Of a DNA stretch of 64,000 nt, positions 29,952 through 41,959 are shown piece by piece. A program made the translations under genes and the position numbers. The stretch's first letter is position 1. Each line of letters opens with the position of its first letter. Origin of the DNA: an uncultured delta proteobacterium (GTDB lineage: Bacteria > Desulfobacterota > Binatia > UBA9968); contig CAWFJP010000029.1 of the NCBI GenBank assembly GCA_963816145.1, positions 96,001 to 160,000 of the forward strand, in the 5' to 3' direction. Below the pieces are notes generated by a model. The model made no database searches, had not been told where the DNA came from, and saw only the letters and a list, made by a program, of their open reading frames with translations.

Positions 29952-30701
29952 TCACCAGTTCAGCCAGGCGCCATTTACGTGAATGGTTTGGCCGGTGATG
30001 TAATCGTTCTCGTCCTGGACCAAGAAGTTCGCCGCGCTGGCGATGTTTTCCGGTTTGCCGGCGTGGCCCATGGGGATCTGCGCTTCTGCGGCGGCCCAGG
30101 CTTCGTCCGAGTAGTGGCCGCGCACGGCGGGGGTGGTGATCCGTCCCGGCGCGATGGCGTTGATGTTGAGGCCGTCTTTGACATGTTCCAGCGCGATAGA
30201 TTTTGTAAAAACCGCGACGCCGGCTTTGGCGGCGGCGTAGCTCGATCTCGTGGCGTTGCCGGCGAATCCATAAATCGACGAGATGCTGACGATCTTGCCG
30301 TACTTGGCTTTGAGCATCGTCGGCAGGACCGCCTGAGAGCACAGAAACACGGATTTTAAATTCATATTGACGATCCGGTCCCAGTCTTCGGCGCTCATAT
30401 CGACAACGTTTTTGCGCTGCGCGCCGCCGGCGACGTTGACCAAGATATCGATCTTGCCCCAGCGGTCGAGGGTGGCTTTGACCATCGCCTGCACGGAGTT
30501 TTTGTTGGTCACGTCGCTGGTGATGGCCATGGCGTCGGTGCCGCGGTCGGCGACTTCTTTGACGCGCGCATGAGCCGCCTCCGGGTTGATATCGGCGACC
30601 GCCAGCTTGGCGCCTTCTCGGGCGAAGCGTTGCACGATGGCGCCGCCGATGCCGCCTCCGCCGCCGGTGACGATGGCTACTTTGTTATCGATATTTCCCA
30701 T
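29952..30701 (-). CDS. SDR family oxidoreductase (FabG-like)
   Basis: TGGGGGIG, NVAG, YAAAK, ITGQTIHVNG. Confidence 0.92.
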   Translation of the reverse strand: MGNIDNKVAIVTGGGGGIGGAIVQRFAREGAKLAVADINPEAAHARVKEVADRGTDAMAITSDVTNKNSVQAMVKATLDRWGKIDILVNVAGGAQRKNVVDMSAEDWDRIVNMNLKSVFLCSQAVLPTMLKAKYGKIVSISSIYGFAGNATRSSYAAAKAGVAVFTKSIALEHVKDGLNINAIAPGRITTPAVRGHYSDEAWAAAEAQIPMGHAGKPENIASAANFLVQDENDYITGQTIHVNGAWLNW

Positions 30702-31302
30702 GAGATTCCCTCCGTCGTTGGTTGTCTCCTTTCGAAAGGTAGTTAAACAGTTCGTCGAGATCTTGGATGCGTTGTACTTTGGGATGAGCGAAGGACTGAT
30801 TGTACGGCCGGTGCGGCATCATGACGACCGCTTCGGTTTGAGTCGCCACGTCCTCGCAGTTTTCATGGCGGTCGTCGACGAAGAGTTCGACGTTCATTTG
30901 CTTGACCAGCTGAGACTTCAAGTCCTGGGTGAAGTGAACCACCGGATCGTCGACGCCATGGCGGCGCAGCCACTCGCAGGTCACATGGTTGATATCGTAA
31001 GTGTCGCGCACCCAACGGTGGGTGATAAAGACGACTTCATGATCGCGGCTTATTTCGTTGAGCGACTGCCACTGCTCCGCTGACGGCAGCGGCGTGAGCA
31101 CGCGCCAGAACTCTGGATCGTAGGAAGCGTCGACCATGCAGTCGTAAATAATTTCCTTGGTCAAAAACGGATGATGTTGAAAGTTGGGATCGGTGATCGA
31201 CACGGGATCGATGGACGGGCCACCGACGCGCCGTTCGAGCACTTGCAAAAACGGCGTGACAAAATCCGCCAGTACACCGTCGATATCCAAGCCAATCTTC
31301 AT
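30685..31302 (-). CDS. HAD-superfamily 5'(3')-nucleotidase-like protein
   Basis: IGLDIDGVLADF, FITHR, FVDD, PYNQ. Confidence 0.8.
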   Translation of the reverse strand: MKIGLDIDGVLADFVTPFLQVLERRVGGPSIDPVSITDPNFQHHPFLTKEIIYDCMVDASYDPEFWRVLTPLPSAEQWQSLNEISRDHEVVFITHRWVRDTYDINHVTCEWLRRHGVDDPVVHFTQDLKSQLVKQMNVELFVDDRHENCEDVATQTEAVVMMPHRPYNQSFAHPKVQRIQDLDELFNYLSKGDNQRRRESHGKYR

Positions 31303-31348
31303 CGAGCCACAATCTAGGCAAAATGGTTGAATGCGTCAACCGCAGCTC

Positions 31349-31473
31349 GGATTATCTCGCGCAAAGACGCAAAGGGCGCAAAGTTCGGGGAAAACTGTTT
31401 AGACGAATTTGCTAGCCTTAATGTCTTTCGGTTTTGAATTTAGCGTCTTTGCGCCTTTGCCGGAGAACAATCC
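31349..31473. repeat. Inverted doublet of CRCRAAGx3 repeat (CGCAAAG subtype)
   Basis: GGATTATCTCGCGCAAAGACGCAAAGGGCGCAAAGT (31349-31384) and ATTTAGCGTCTTTGCGCCTTTGCCGGAGAACAATCC (31438-31473). Confidence 0.8.
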
Positions 31474-31624
31474 GAATCCGATGGTCATCCAATTCACAAG
31501 CAATATGGTCGCTCCGCTCGTGCCCAGTGCGATTAGATTCGTTTGACTGCCGGCGACAGACTTGGGTAATCTCCAGGGTGAGCCGGCTAAGCGGCCAGAA
31601 ATGCCAATTCATAGGAGGAAAAAA

Positions 31625-31915
31625 ATGATATCGCAGATTCGCATTTACACGATCAACAAGGGTGAGATGGATAATTTTCTCAAGCACTTCAAAGAGGATA
31701 TCGTTAGCCTGCATCAAAAGATCGGCGTGCCCATCGTGGGTACCTGGGTAAACCGGCCGCAAAACGAATTCATCTGGGTCCGCAGCTACAAAGACAAGGC
31801 CGAACTCGAAGCCAAGAACAAAGAGTTTCAGGCCGCCGTCGCGGCCGCCGGAATCAAGCTCGGCGGCAACGTAGCCAAGATGGAAGTGCGCGAGGTCGAG
31901 TCCGCGTTTGCGTAG
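31625..31915 (+). CDS. NIPSNAP family protein
   Basis: MISQIRIYTINKGEMDNF...IVGTW...FIWVRSY; RBS AGGAGG. Confidence 0.8.
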   Translation: MISQIRIYTINKGEMDNFLKHFKEDIVSLHQKIGVPIVGTWVNRPQNEFIWVRSYKDKAELEAKNKEFQAAVAAAGIKLGGNVAKMEVREVESAFA

Positions 31916-32182
31916 AAGCGGGGTCGAGGCGGGTTGCTTGATTGCGAATCAAAGGAACTAGCGGATATCTAAGATTGAACTGTATTCTACATCTAACCGA
32001 TCCTGTGAGATTTGTCCGTTGCGTCGGACGGTTTAGTCGTGAAGCCCGATTGGGGCAGCTGCCTGCCACAGCTCGTGAACCCAATGTGGCATCTAGAGAT
32101 ATTTGCTCACTACTTTAGCGTTTCTGTTTTTCAATCTAAATCCGAATTGTACCGAATCGTCTGTGCCGATTCTCAAGGCGAG

Positions 32183-32474
32183 TTTCTTTCCGCAATTGCC
32201 TTTAAATTCCTGCAATTTAAAAGAGCCAAAATTTTAAGTCTACCAGTCTTGTCTTCAGGTTTCGCAACTGCCTATAACTCTAAGTAGGATGTTGTCCTAG
32301 GACAGGAATGAGGAAAATCTCCGTGAGTCGGTCGAGCGAGAATCGCATGAAGCTGCCACCTGAAGGGATGGCGAGCCGGGATAGGTGTTTCCGTTTGTCG
32401 GGCGCGTGCGAGCCGTTTCCCATTGACGATGTTGACGCAACCGTTCCGGCAGCAAACTTGCTCACAGTCAACGA
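32183..32474 (+). repeat. ~290-bp direct repeat, copy 1 (leader plus degenerate A-domain N-terminus)
   Basis: Aligns almost base for base with 41426-41718; contains ORF 32308..32487 MRKISVSRSSENRMKLPP...CFRLSGACEPFPIDDVDATVPA. Confidence 0.92.
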
Positions 32475-32626
32475 AATCAAGCCATAGCTTTAGACTGCGC
32501 CTGCCTGGATATATCTCTGCGTTGAGTTATGCTGACAGTATTCAAGATTAATAGCTTGTTTGACTCAAATCATATTGTTCTCATGAGTTGTCAAGGAGAC
32601 AGCTTATGGCTGAGCATCGGTGAAAG

Positions 32627-35600
32627 TTGCCGATGATTCGCGAGGCCGAGAGGCGTAAACTGCTTGTTGATTGGAATGACACGCAGAAAGATTATCCCAA
32701 AAACCGGTGTATCCATGAGCTCTTTGAGGCCCAGGCAGAAAAAACTCCTGACGCTATCGCCGTCTTATTCGACTGCAAACAACTAACCTACCGCGAGCTC
32801 AACACCAGGGCCAACCAATTGGCGCATTACCTGCGTGTGCTAGAAGTCGGCCCAGAGATCCTGGTTGGCGTGTTTATGGAGCGATCCCTGGAAATGATCA
32901 TAGGCATCCTCGGGATCCTCAAAGCCGGCGGGACTTATGTGCCTCTCGACCCAGCGTATCCACAGGAAAGATTGGCCTTTATGCTCGAGGATGCTCATCT
33001 TTTCGTGCTCCTCACACAACAATCCTTGGTTGCGAAACTACCGCAGCACCATGGAAGGTTGGTTTGTCTGGATGCAGATGGGCCGACGATTGACAGCTGC
33101 AGAGAGGAAAATCCAGCGGGCGAGGTTAGCGCAGAAAACCTGGCCTACCTCATCTATACCTCTGGCTCCACGGGAGTGCCGAAAGGAGTGGCCATTGAGC
33201 ATCACAGCGCCGTCACGCTCTTGCATTGGGCCATGGATGTCTTTGCGCGGGAAGAGACCAGGGGAGTACTTGCCTCCACGTCAATCTGTTTTGACCTTTC
33301 GGTTTTCGAAATATTTCTCCCATTAAGCCACGGTGGCAAGGTGATCCTGGTTGAAAACGCATTGCACCTGTCCACTTTGGATGCTGCCGCTGACGTCACT
33401 TTAATTAATACTGTGCCTTCCGCTGTCGCGGAGTTGTTGAGGAGCGGGGATCTTCCGCCATCCGTGCACACGATATGCTTGGCAGGTGAACCTCTGAGCC
33501 CGCGGCTGGTGGAGCGGATCTATGAACAGGGTACGGTTCGGCAAGTTTTCGATCTCTATGGGCCCTCCGAGGACACCACTTATTCTACGTTCGCTTTAAG
33601 ACACCCGACCGGACCGGCTACCATCGGCCGACCGATTGCAAACACACAAGTGTATATTCTGGATCACCATTTGCAGCCGGTCCCCATAGGAGTGGCCGGG
33701 GAACTGTTCATCGGCGGTGACGGCTTAGCCCGGGGTTACCTGAACAGGCCCGAGGCATCCGCCGAGAGGTTTCTGCCGAATCCCTTTAGCGACGAGCCGG
33801 GGCGAAGGTTGTATCGAACCGGTGACTCGGCTCGCTATCTGCCGGACGGTTACATTGAGTTCCTCGGACGTATCGATAACCAAGTCAAAATCCGTGGCTT
33901 CCGCATAGAGCTGGGTGAAATTGAAACTGTGCTGGAGCAACATTCTGGTGTTGGCCAAGCCGTGGTCTTAGCCTGGGGGGGCACAAGCAGCGATAAGCAA
34001 CTGGTGGCTTATGTTGTTCCGAAGCAAGCTTTCTCCCCCTCCACTTCGGAGCTGCGTGACTTTTTGGCAAATAAGTTGCCCTTTTATATGGTGCCCTCGG
34101 CCTTTGTGTCACTTGAGGCCCTACCTCTCACTCCAAACGGCAAGATAGACCGGCGCGCGCTGCCGGCGCCCGACCGGGTCAGACCCGAAACTGTTACCTT
34201 CGTACCGGTGCGAAATCCGATTGAGGAGGTCGTGGCGGGGATCTGGACCGAAGTACTGAAGCTTGAGCGGATTGGCGTTCACGACAATTTCTTCGAGTTA
34301 GGGGGCCACTCGTTACTCGCTACCCGGGTTATTTCCCGGTTGCGGCGTGCTTTCGGTACGGACTTTCCACTACGACTGTTATTTGACGCGCCGACTATAG
34401 CCGGTCTGGCCACGCTGATAGAGACCACCCCACGAAACCAAGAGGAATCGCGATTTGTTCCGCCCCTACGGCCTATTTCACGGCACGGTCCTCTTCCCCT
34501 TTCCTTTGCGCAACAGCGATTGTGGGTTTTGGATCGGTTGGAGCCAGGTAACCCAACATACAACATGCCTGCTGCGGTTCGCCTCACTGGAACTCTCGAT
34601 ATCTCTGCGCTGGATCGGAGTCTTAACGAGATCGTGCGTCGCCACGAAGGCCTGCGTACCACTTTTTCTATGGTCGAGGGCGAACCGATTCAAGTTATCG
34701 CCGCGAGCCTGACGATTGCGATGTCGCTGGTGGACTTGCAGGAGCTTCCTCCAGACAAACGGGAGCTTCGAGCCCGGCAAATGATGACCGAGGAGGCTAA
34801 AAGCCACTTCGATCTGGCTCAAGGGCCTCTCCTGCGCTCCGCCTTGATCCGGTTGGGCCCACAACATCACATTCTGCTCGTGACCATGCACCACATTGTT
34901 TCGGACGGTTGGTCCATGGGGGTGTTCTTCCACGAACTTTCGGTGCTCTATCAGGCCTACGCTTCCGGCGAAAAATCGCCGCTACCTGAACTACCGATCC
35001 AGTATAAAGACTTTGCTCTTTGGCAACGACAGTGGCTTCAAGGGGACACGCTAGCCACTCAGCTCTCCTATTGGAAGCAGCAGCTCGAGGCAGCTCCGGT
35101 GCTTGAGCTACCCGCCGATCATCCGCGATCTCCGGCGCAAACCTACCGAGGCGCAAGGCATTCCTTGGTGCTATCCAAAGCTCTGTCTGACGCACTCATG
35201 ATGTTAAGTCAGCAGGAGAACGTTACGTTGTTCATGACTTTGCTCGCGGCATTTCAGATCCTATTGCAGCGCTACACTGGGCAAAGTGACATAACTGTGG
35301 GCTCGCCAATCGCAGGCCGGCATCAAGTAGAGGTCGAGGGATTGATCGGATTTTTCCTAAACAGCTTGGTGCTGCGTGCCGATCTTTCGGATAACCCTAG
35401 TTTTCCGGACTTGTTGGCGCGGGTACGACAGATTGCTTTGGATGCTTACACGCACCAGGATCTGCCCTTTGAAAAGCTGTTGGAAGAACTGCGGCCCGAT
35501 CGCGACCTAAGCCGCACACCGTTGTTCCAGGTTTTTTTCAATATGCTTGAGTTCGGGGAAGATAAAGCGCTCAACCTACCGGGAGTGACAGCAGAACTGC

Positions 35601-37713
35601 TTGAGATTGACGAGCCGGCATCGAATTTTGACCTGACTTTGTACGCTGGGGAACGAGACGGTGCGGTTTGGTTTTCGATGGTTTATAACCGCGACTTGTT
35701 CGAGCCGGCTACGATCGGCCGGCTAATGGGTCATTATCATAATCTGCTAGAAGCTATAACGGCGAATTCACAACAGCGAATCTCGTCGCTCCCGCTCCTA
35801 AGCGAAGCTGAGCGGAATCAACTTCGCGCCCGACGCAATCTAGTCGCTCCAGCCAATTCCTTCATCGAGTTTAAGAAAGATGATATCGAGCACTCTCTTT
35901 CGGCGCGTTTTGAAAATCTGGTAAACAGCAATCCTAATCAGGTAGCCGTCAAAACCCGCAATTATCGATGGACCTACGCGGAGCTTAATCGCGCAGCCAA
36001 CCAGATAGCACAGACGATCCTGCGATCATGCGGCGGTGGAGAGCAGAGGATTGCCCTTTTGTTCGAGCACGATGCGCCAATGATTGCCGCTATTTTCGGC
36101 GCACTGAAGAGTGGAAACGCTTACGTTCCGCTAGATCTTACTCATCCCAAAGAAAGACTGGCTCATATCCTGGAAGATTCCCAGGCGACGGCTCTCCTCA
36201 CCACTCGCAGCACCGCTGGTTTTGCCAAGATGCTAACCACAGGGCCCGTGAAAGTTATTGATATAAATGAGATCGACGACGCCGTATCGACCGCTAATCT
36301 CGGCTTGCCAGTCTTGCCTGACGCACTGGCCTATGTTCTCTACACCTCAGGCTCAACGGGACAGCCCAAAGGAGTGGTGCAGAACCATCGGAATGTCTTG
36401 CATCACATAGCCAATTATACGAACGGTCTGCATCTCAACGCCGATGACAGGCTGACGCTTATTCCGTCCTATGGCTTCGATGCCGCGGTCATGGATATGT
36501 TCGGCGCCTTGTTGAACGGAGCGACCCTGTATCCGATGGACCTCAAAGAAGAAGACCCAACCGCGCTGCTCGCGCGCATAGTAGAAGAAAAGATCACCAT
36601 CTACCACTCTACGCCCACCGTCTACCGTTATCTCCTCGGCTCATTGACGGGCAAGGAGAATCTTTCGGCAATTCGTCTTGCTGTTCTTGGCGGTGAAGAA
36701 GTTCTAAAAACGGATATTGATCTCTTCCGGCGGCATTTTTCCGTTAGCACCATTTTGGTTAATGGTCTGGGACCTACCGAGTCCACGTTAGCGTTGCAGT
36801 ATTTCATCGATCACGAAACACAGGTCATTGGCAACATAGTGCCCGTAGGTTATCCGGTCGGGGACACCGAAGTTCTTTTGCTCGACGAAGCGGGCGAACA
36901 GACTGAAATCTACGGAGAAATAGGGATTAGAAGCGACCATCTGGCTCTGGGGTATTGGCGAAATCCGGAAATCACCAAGGCTGCATTCCTCCCAGATCCG
37001 GAAAGTGGAACCAAACGCATCTACCGCACTGGAGATATGGGCCGCTTACATTCCGATGGAACCATCGCCTTTACCGGACGAAAGGACTTTCAGGTAAAAA
37101 TACGCGGCGTTCGGATTGAGCCCGGAGAGATCGAGGCGACGCTGGGTCAACACCCAGGGGTGCGGGAATGTGTGATCCTGGCGCGCGAGGACATTCCGGA
37201 CGACAAACGGCTGGTGGCTTATGTCGTCCGAACCAACAGCCAGCTCCGTCAGCCCATGACTTACGCAGTTTTCTGAAGCAGAAGTTGCCCGACTATATGG
37301 TGCCTTCAGCGTTTGTGTATTTGGACGCTTTGCCGCTTACCCCCAACGGCAAGGTAGACCGCGGTGCACTCCCGGCACCCGATCAGAGCAGCGCGGCACT
37401 GGAAAAGGGCTACGTCGCGGCTCGTACGCCTGACGAGGAGAATCTTGCAAAGATCTGGGCACAAGTTCTCAAACTAAATCGCGTGGGTATTCATGACAAC
37501 TTTTTTGAACTAGGAGGCCATTCTTTGTTGGCCACGCAAGTCATGTCGCGGCTACGTGAAGCCTTCCAGGTAGAGTTCAAATTGCGCGACCTCTTTGAAC
37601 ATCCCACAGTTGCCGGGTTGGCGGAATCGCTCGAAGCGATTCGTTGGGCGTCCAATCAACCACGGCGATCGGATCTTAACACGACGACAGCGCGGGAGTC
37701 AGGCGAAATATGA
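32627..37713 (+). CDS. NRPS A-T-C-A-T, frameshift at ~37228 (likely sequencing error)
   Basis: YTSGSTG.PKG x2, GGHSL x2, HHIVSDG. LVAYVV continues as PNQQPAPSAHDLRSFLKQKLPDYMVP in ORF 37168..37713. Confidence 0.92.
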
Positions 37714-40700
37714 CGACAGCTGAATTTTTGTCCTCTCTACGGCCTCAGGGCATTCAGCTCTGGGTTGAGGGCGAGAAACTATGCTACAGCGCTCCGGCAG
37801 GTGGGTTAACACCCGACATGGCTGGAGAGCTAAGGAAGCGAAAGGCAGAAATCGTGGGGCTATTGCGTGATGCAAGCCAGATCGCCCCGCTTATATTGCC
37901 CGTCTCGCACGACGGCAACTTACCTCTTTCTTTTGCCCAGGAACGGTTGTGGTTTTTGGATCAATTTGAGCCGAACAGTTCGGTTTACAATCTTGCCAAC
38001 GGGATACGGCTTAAGGGCACGTTGCGCGTAGGCGCGCTTGAGCAGAGTCTCAACGAGATAGTGAGGCGGCACGAAGCGCTGCGGACCAGCTTTTCGATGG
38101 TGGAAGGGCAACCCATTCAGGTCATCTCCTCATCTTTCACTCGACCTTTGCCTGTTTTGGATCTGAGTAATCTTTCTGAGGCTGAGCGAGAAGCGGAAGC
38201 CCAGCGTCTTGCTGACGAGGAAAACCAACGAGCCTTCGATCTGGCCCGGGGGCCGCTTCTGCGATCCAAGCTGCTGCGGCTAGGGGATGACGATCACGTC
38301 TTGCTCGTAACCATGCATCATATTGTAACGGATGGTTGGTCGATGGGGGTGTTCTTCCGAGAGCTTTCAGTTCTCTATGAAGCTTTCTCCAATGGAAAGC
38401 CCTCGCCACTGCCGGCCTTACCGATTCAATATGCCGACTATGCAGTTTGGCAGCGCGATTGGCTCAAGGGAGAAATTTTAGAAACTCAGCTTTCCTACTG
38501 GAAGAAGCGGCTGGCAAACGTGCCCACGCTACAATTGCCCACGGATCGGCCGCGGCCAGCGGTGCAGACGTTTTCGTGGTGCAAGGCATCCTTTGGTTTT
38601 GTCTCATGACCTGACGGAGAAGCTCAGGGCCTTAAGCCGCAAAGAAAGGGTCACCCTTTTCATGGTCTTGTTGGCGGCGTTTCAGGTCTTACTGCATCGG
38701 TTAACGGGGCAAGAAGATATTGTCGTAGGCTCTCCGATAGCGGGCCGCACTCGACCTGATATTGAAGGTTTGATTGGTTTCTTTCTCAACACCTTGGTGC
38801 TGAGAACCGACCTATCGGGTAATCCGACGTTCAAGGAGCTGCTCGCGCGGGTACGTGAAGTGGCTCTGGGAGCGTATGACCATCAGGATGTGCCGTTTGA
38901 AAAACTCCTGGAAGAACTCCGGCCTGAACGAGACCTTAGCCGCACGCCGCTATTTCAAGTATTTTTTAACATGCTCAATGTCGGAGAGTCTATTGTCGAG
39001 TTGTCGGGATTGAAAGTTGAGAGGCTTTCCCACAGTGAGGTTGAATCAAAATTCGACTTGACGATGTACGTTAGAGAGCAGAATGGAGATCTCCAATTCA
39101 ATTTGGTCTACAACGCCGATCTTTTTGATATGGATCGGATGGTAGAGATGATCGGGCAATACGAACAGTTGCTTTCTGAAATTGTGGAGGACCCGACCCA
39201 AAACATCGATTACTATTCTCTTTTGACTAAGACCGCTGAAAAGCTGTTACCGAATCCCGTTGAGCCTTTAGGTTCGGTCTGGGTCGGATCTGTGCATGAG
39301 CGATTCTCTCATCTGGCAAAGCGTCGGCCCGATCAGCTCGCTATTACAGATCCCCACGACAGCTGGACTTACGAAGATCTCAACTCACGCAGTAATCAGT
39401 TGGCTCACTACTTGTTAGAGAGCGGCATCCGACGCGAAGATATCGTTGCCGTCTATGGTCACCGCAGCGCCTCGCTCGCCTGGGCGTTGCTCGGGATACT
39501 CAAAGCAGGGGCGGCTTTCTTGATTCTGGATCCTGCGTATCCGACAGCGCGCATCATCGAATATGTACGAGGTGCGAAGCCACGGGGCTTTGTTCACCTC
39601 CGCGCCGGTGGCGCTGTTTCGCATGAACTAGAGGACGTTCTCCAGGCCACGGTTCACTGTCGAGTCACATTGTCTAGTCTGTTATCATTCCGCCACGACG
39701 ACGTCCTCCATACATATTCAATGGCAGATCCGCAAATAGCGATCGATCCCGATGATCTGGCCTATGTTTCTTACACCTCCGGTTCCACGGGAGAACCGAA
39801 GGGGGTTTTGGGTCGACATGGTCCACTGTCACACTTTCTGCCCTGGCAGGCAGAGAAATTTGGTCTTAAGTCGTCCGATCACTTCAGTCTACTTTCGGGT
39901 CTTTCTCATGACCCGCTACACCGAGAGATCTTTACCGCCCTATGGGTTGGGGGAACCATCTATGTGCCCGATCCTGACATTCTAGGAGCTGCTGGTGAGC
40001 TGGCCGATTGGATGGCCAGACAACAGATCACTTTTGCTCATATGACGCCCGCCCTGGGCCGGTTTCTCACTGAAACCGCGAAGCCGCAAAGCCAATTGCC
40101 CTCACTACGACATGTGTTCTTGGTTGGAGACAAATTGACTTGGGGCGATGTTACGCGCTTGCGCAAGCTTGCCCCGGAGGTTACGTGTGTCAACTATTAC
40201 GGTTCCACCGAGACTCAGCGAGCGGTGAGTTATTATGAGATTACTGCAAGCGAAAGCAGTACAGCCGGCCAAGGAGTCGTTCCGGTAGGTCGAGGGATGC
40301 CCAATGTTCAGCTGCTGATTTTGAACACTGAGCAGAAGTTGGCCGGCCTTGGTGAAGTCAGTGAAATCTACATGCGTAGTCCCCACCTGGCGAGGGGATA
40401 CCTGAATGACGAGAGCCTAACTGAAGCCCGCTTCCTGACTAATCCGCTCACTCAGCAAGCCGGTGACAGGTTATACCGCACCGGAGACGTCGGCCGCTAT
40501 CTACGTGACGGCAGCGTGGAGATTTTGGGGAGAATCGATGGACAGGTCAAGGTTCGCGGCTTTCGTGTCGAGCTGGGGGAAATCGAGGCAGCGCTGGGTC
40601 GACACCCAGCGGTGCGGGACAGTGTGGTCGTGGTGCGGGAAGATGAACCCGACAACAAGCGGCTGGTGGCCTATATCGTCTCGAGCCTACAGCCAGCCCC

Positions 40701-41214
40701 ATCGACTAACGACTTGCGCAGTTTCCTGAAACAAAAGCTCCCCGACTACATGATGCCGTCGGGATTCATGTTTCTGGAGTCCTTGCCGCTTACTCCCAAC
40801 GGCAAGCTCGACCGTAAGTCTCTGCCGGCGCCCGATCATAGCAGACCCGAGCTAGACGATGCCTTCGCCACCCCAAGAAATCCCGCCGAGGAGTTGCTCG
40901 CTGACATCTGGGCTGAGGTTCTCAAGCTCGACAAGGTCGGCATCCATGACAACTTCTTTCACTTGGGCGGCCATTCCCTGCTGGCCACCCAGGTCGTCTC
41001 GCGCGTAAATACTGTGTTCCAGATCGATTTCCCGTTGCGCAGACTATTCGAGTGTCCGACCATTGCCGAAATGGCCGCGGTGATCACCGGAGATCAAGGG
41101 AAGATTTTAGACGAGAGCCAGTTGGCGACCATCCTCGACGAACTAGCGTCGTTGTCGGACGCTGAAGCTCAGCGGCTTGTGAGCGAAAGTAGTGCGACTA
41201 TCCCCCAAAAGTAG
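37710..41214 (+). CDS. NRPS: TubC-type N-terminal docking domain-C-A(Lys2-like)-T, frameshift at ~38572 (likely sequencing error)
   Basis: GIQLWVEGEKLCYSAP docking domain, HHIVTDG, LPTDRPRPAVQTF|RGARHPLVLS, YTSGSTGEPKG, GGHSL; ATGA overlap with the upstream NRPS. Confidence 0.92.
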
Positions 41215-41425
41215 TTTCCTCTTCGTAGTCTTTCGTCCTTGCACGATACTCTGAAAGACTCGACGAAAAGCCGCGCCACATATAAACGTGGATCGGCATC
41301 CGTGATCAGGCAAAGTCTTCCATTCCCGAACCAAAGCTTCAATCGAAGGTTGTTTGTTTATTATTTGCGCGATTTTTATTTTATCTAGATGATCCGAATA
41401 CTATGCAGGTTTATTTGGCGGCGCA

Positions 41426-41718
41426 TTTCTTACCGCAATTGCCTTCAAATTCCTGCAATTTAAAAGAGCCAAAATTTTAGGTCTATCAGTCTTGTCTTCA
41501 GGTTTCGCAATTACCTATAAGTCTAAGTAGGATGTTGTCCTACGACAGGAATGAGGAAAATCTCCGTGGGTCGGTCGAGCGAAAATCGCATGAAGCTACC
41601 ACCTGAAGAGATGGCGAGTGGGGATAAGTGTTTCCGTATGTCGGGCGCGTGCGAGCCGTTTCCCATTGACGATGTTGACGCAACCGTTCCGGCAGCGAAC
41701 CTTGCCCACAGTCAACGA
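41426..41718 (+). repeat. ~290-bp direct repeat, copy 2
   Basis: Matches 32183-32474; carries ORF 41551..41814. Confidence 0.92.
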
Positions 41719-41959
41719 CAGAATGCTGGTCAGACTCGGTTAACGCAGTTTATAACGGAAGTAGAGAATGTGTCTGAGGACGAAACTGGAAAAGCCTTGT
41801 CTCAGGAACAATAATAACGCACATGAAAAAATGACGCCCTCAAGGTCGTGCGCTCGGTTGAATGAAATCTAAACTTGCTACGGAAGGAAATCTTACAAAC
41901 TTATCAGGCTTGGCTACGATAACCAGAGGAACCCGATAGATCTACACCTATGTTTAGGA

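Noticed and set aside
37220-38580. Programmed frameshifting or pseudogenisation of the NRPS genes (shifts at ~37228 and ~38572)
   Set aside because: Both are single-base indels in short homopolymers (CC for CCC; TTTT for TTT) with intact domains on either side and no slippery heptamer. Similar indels at ~21200 and ~29527 point to long-read assembly error; read-level checking is needed.
41551-41814. RiPP precursor or leader peptide in the duplicated repeat
   Set aside because: The two copies diverge in frame and length after the repeat ends, no RiPP maturase is nearby, and the sequence is better explained as an A-domain stump.
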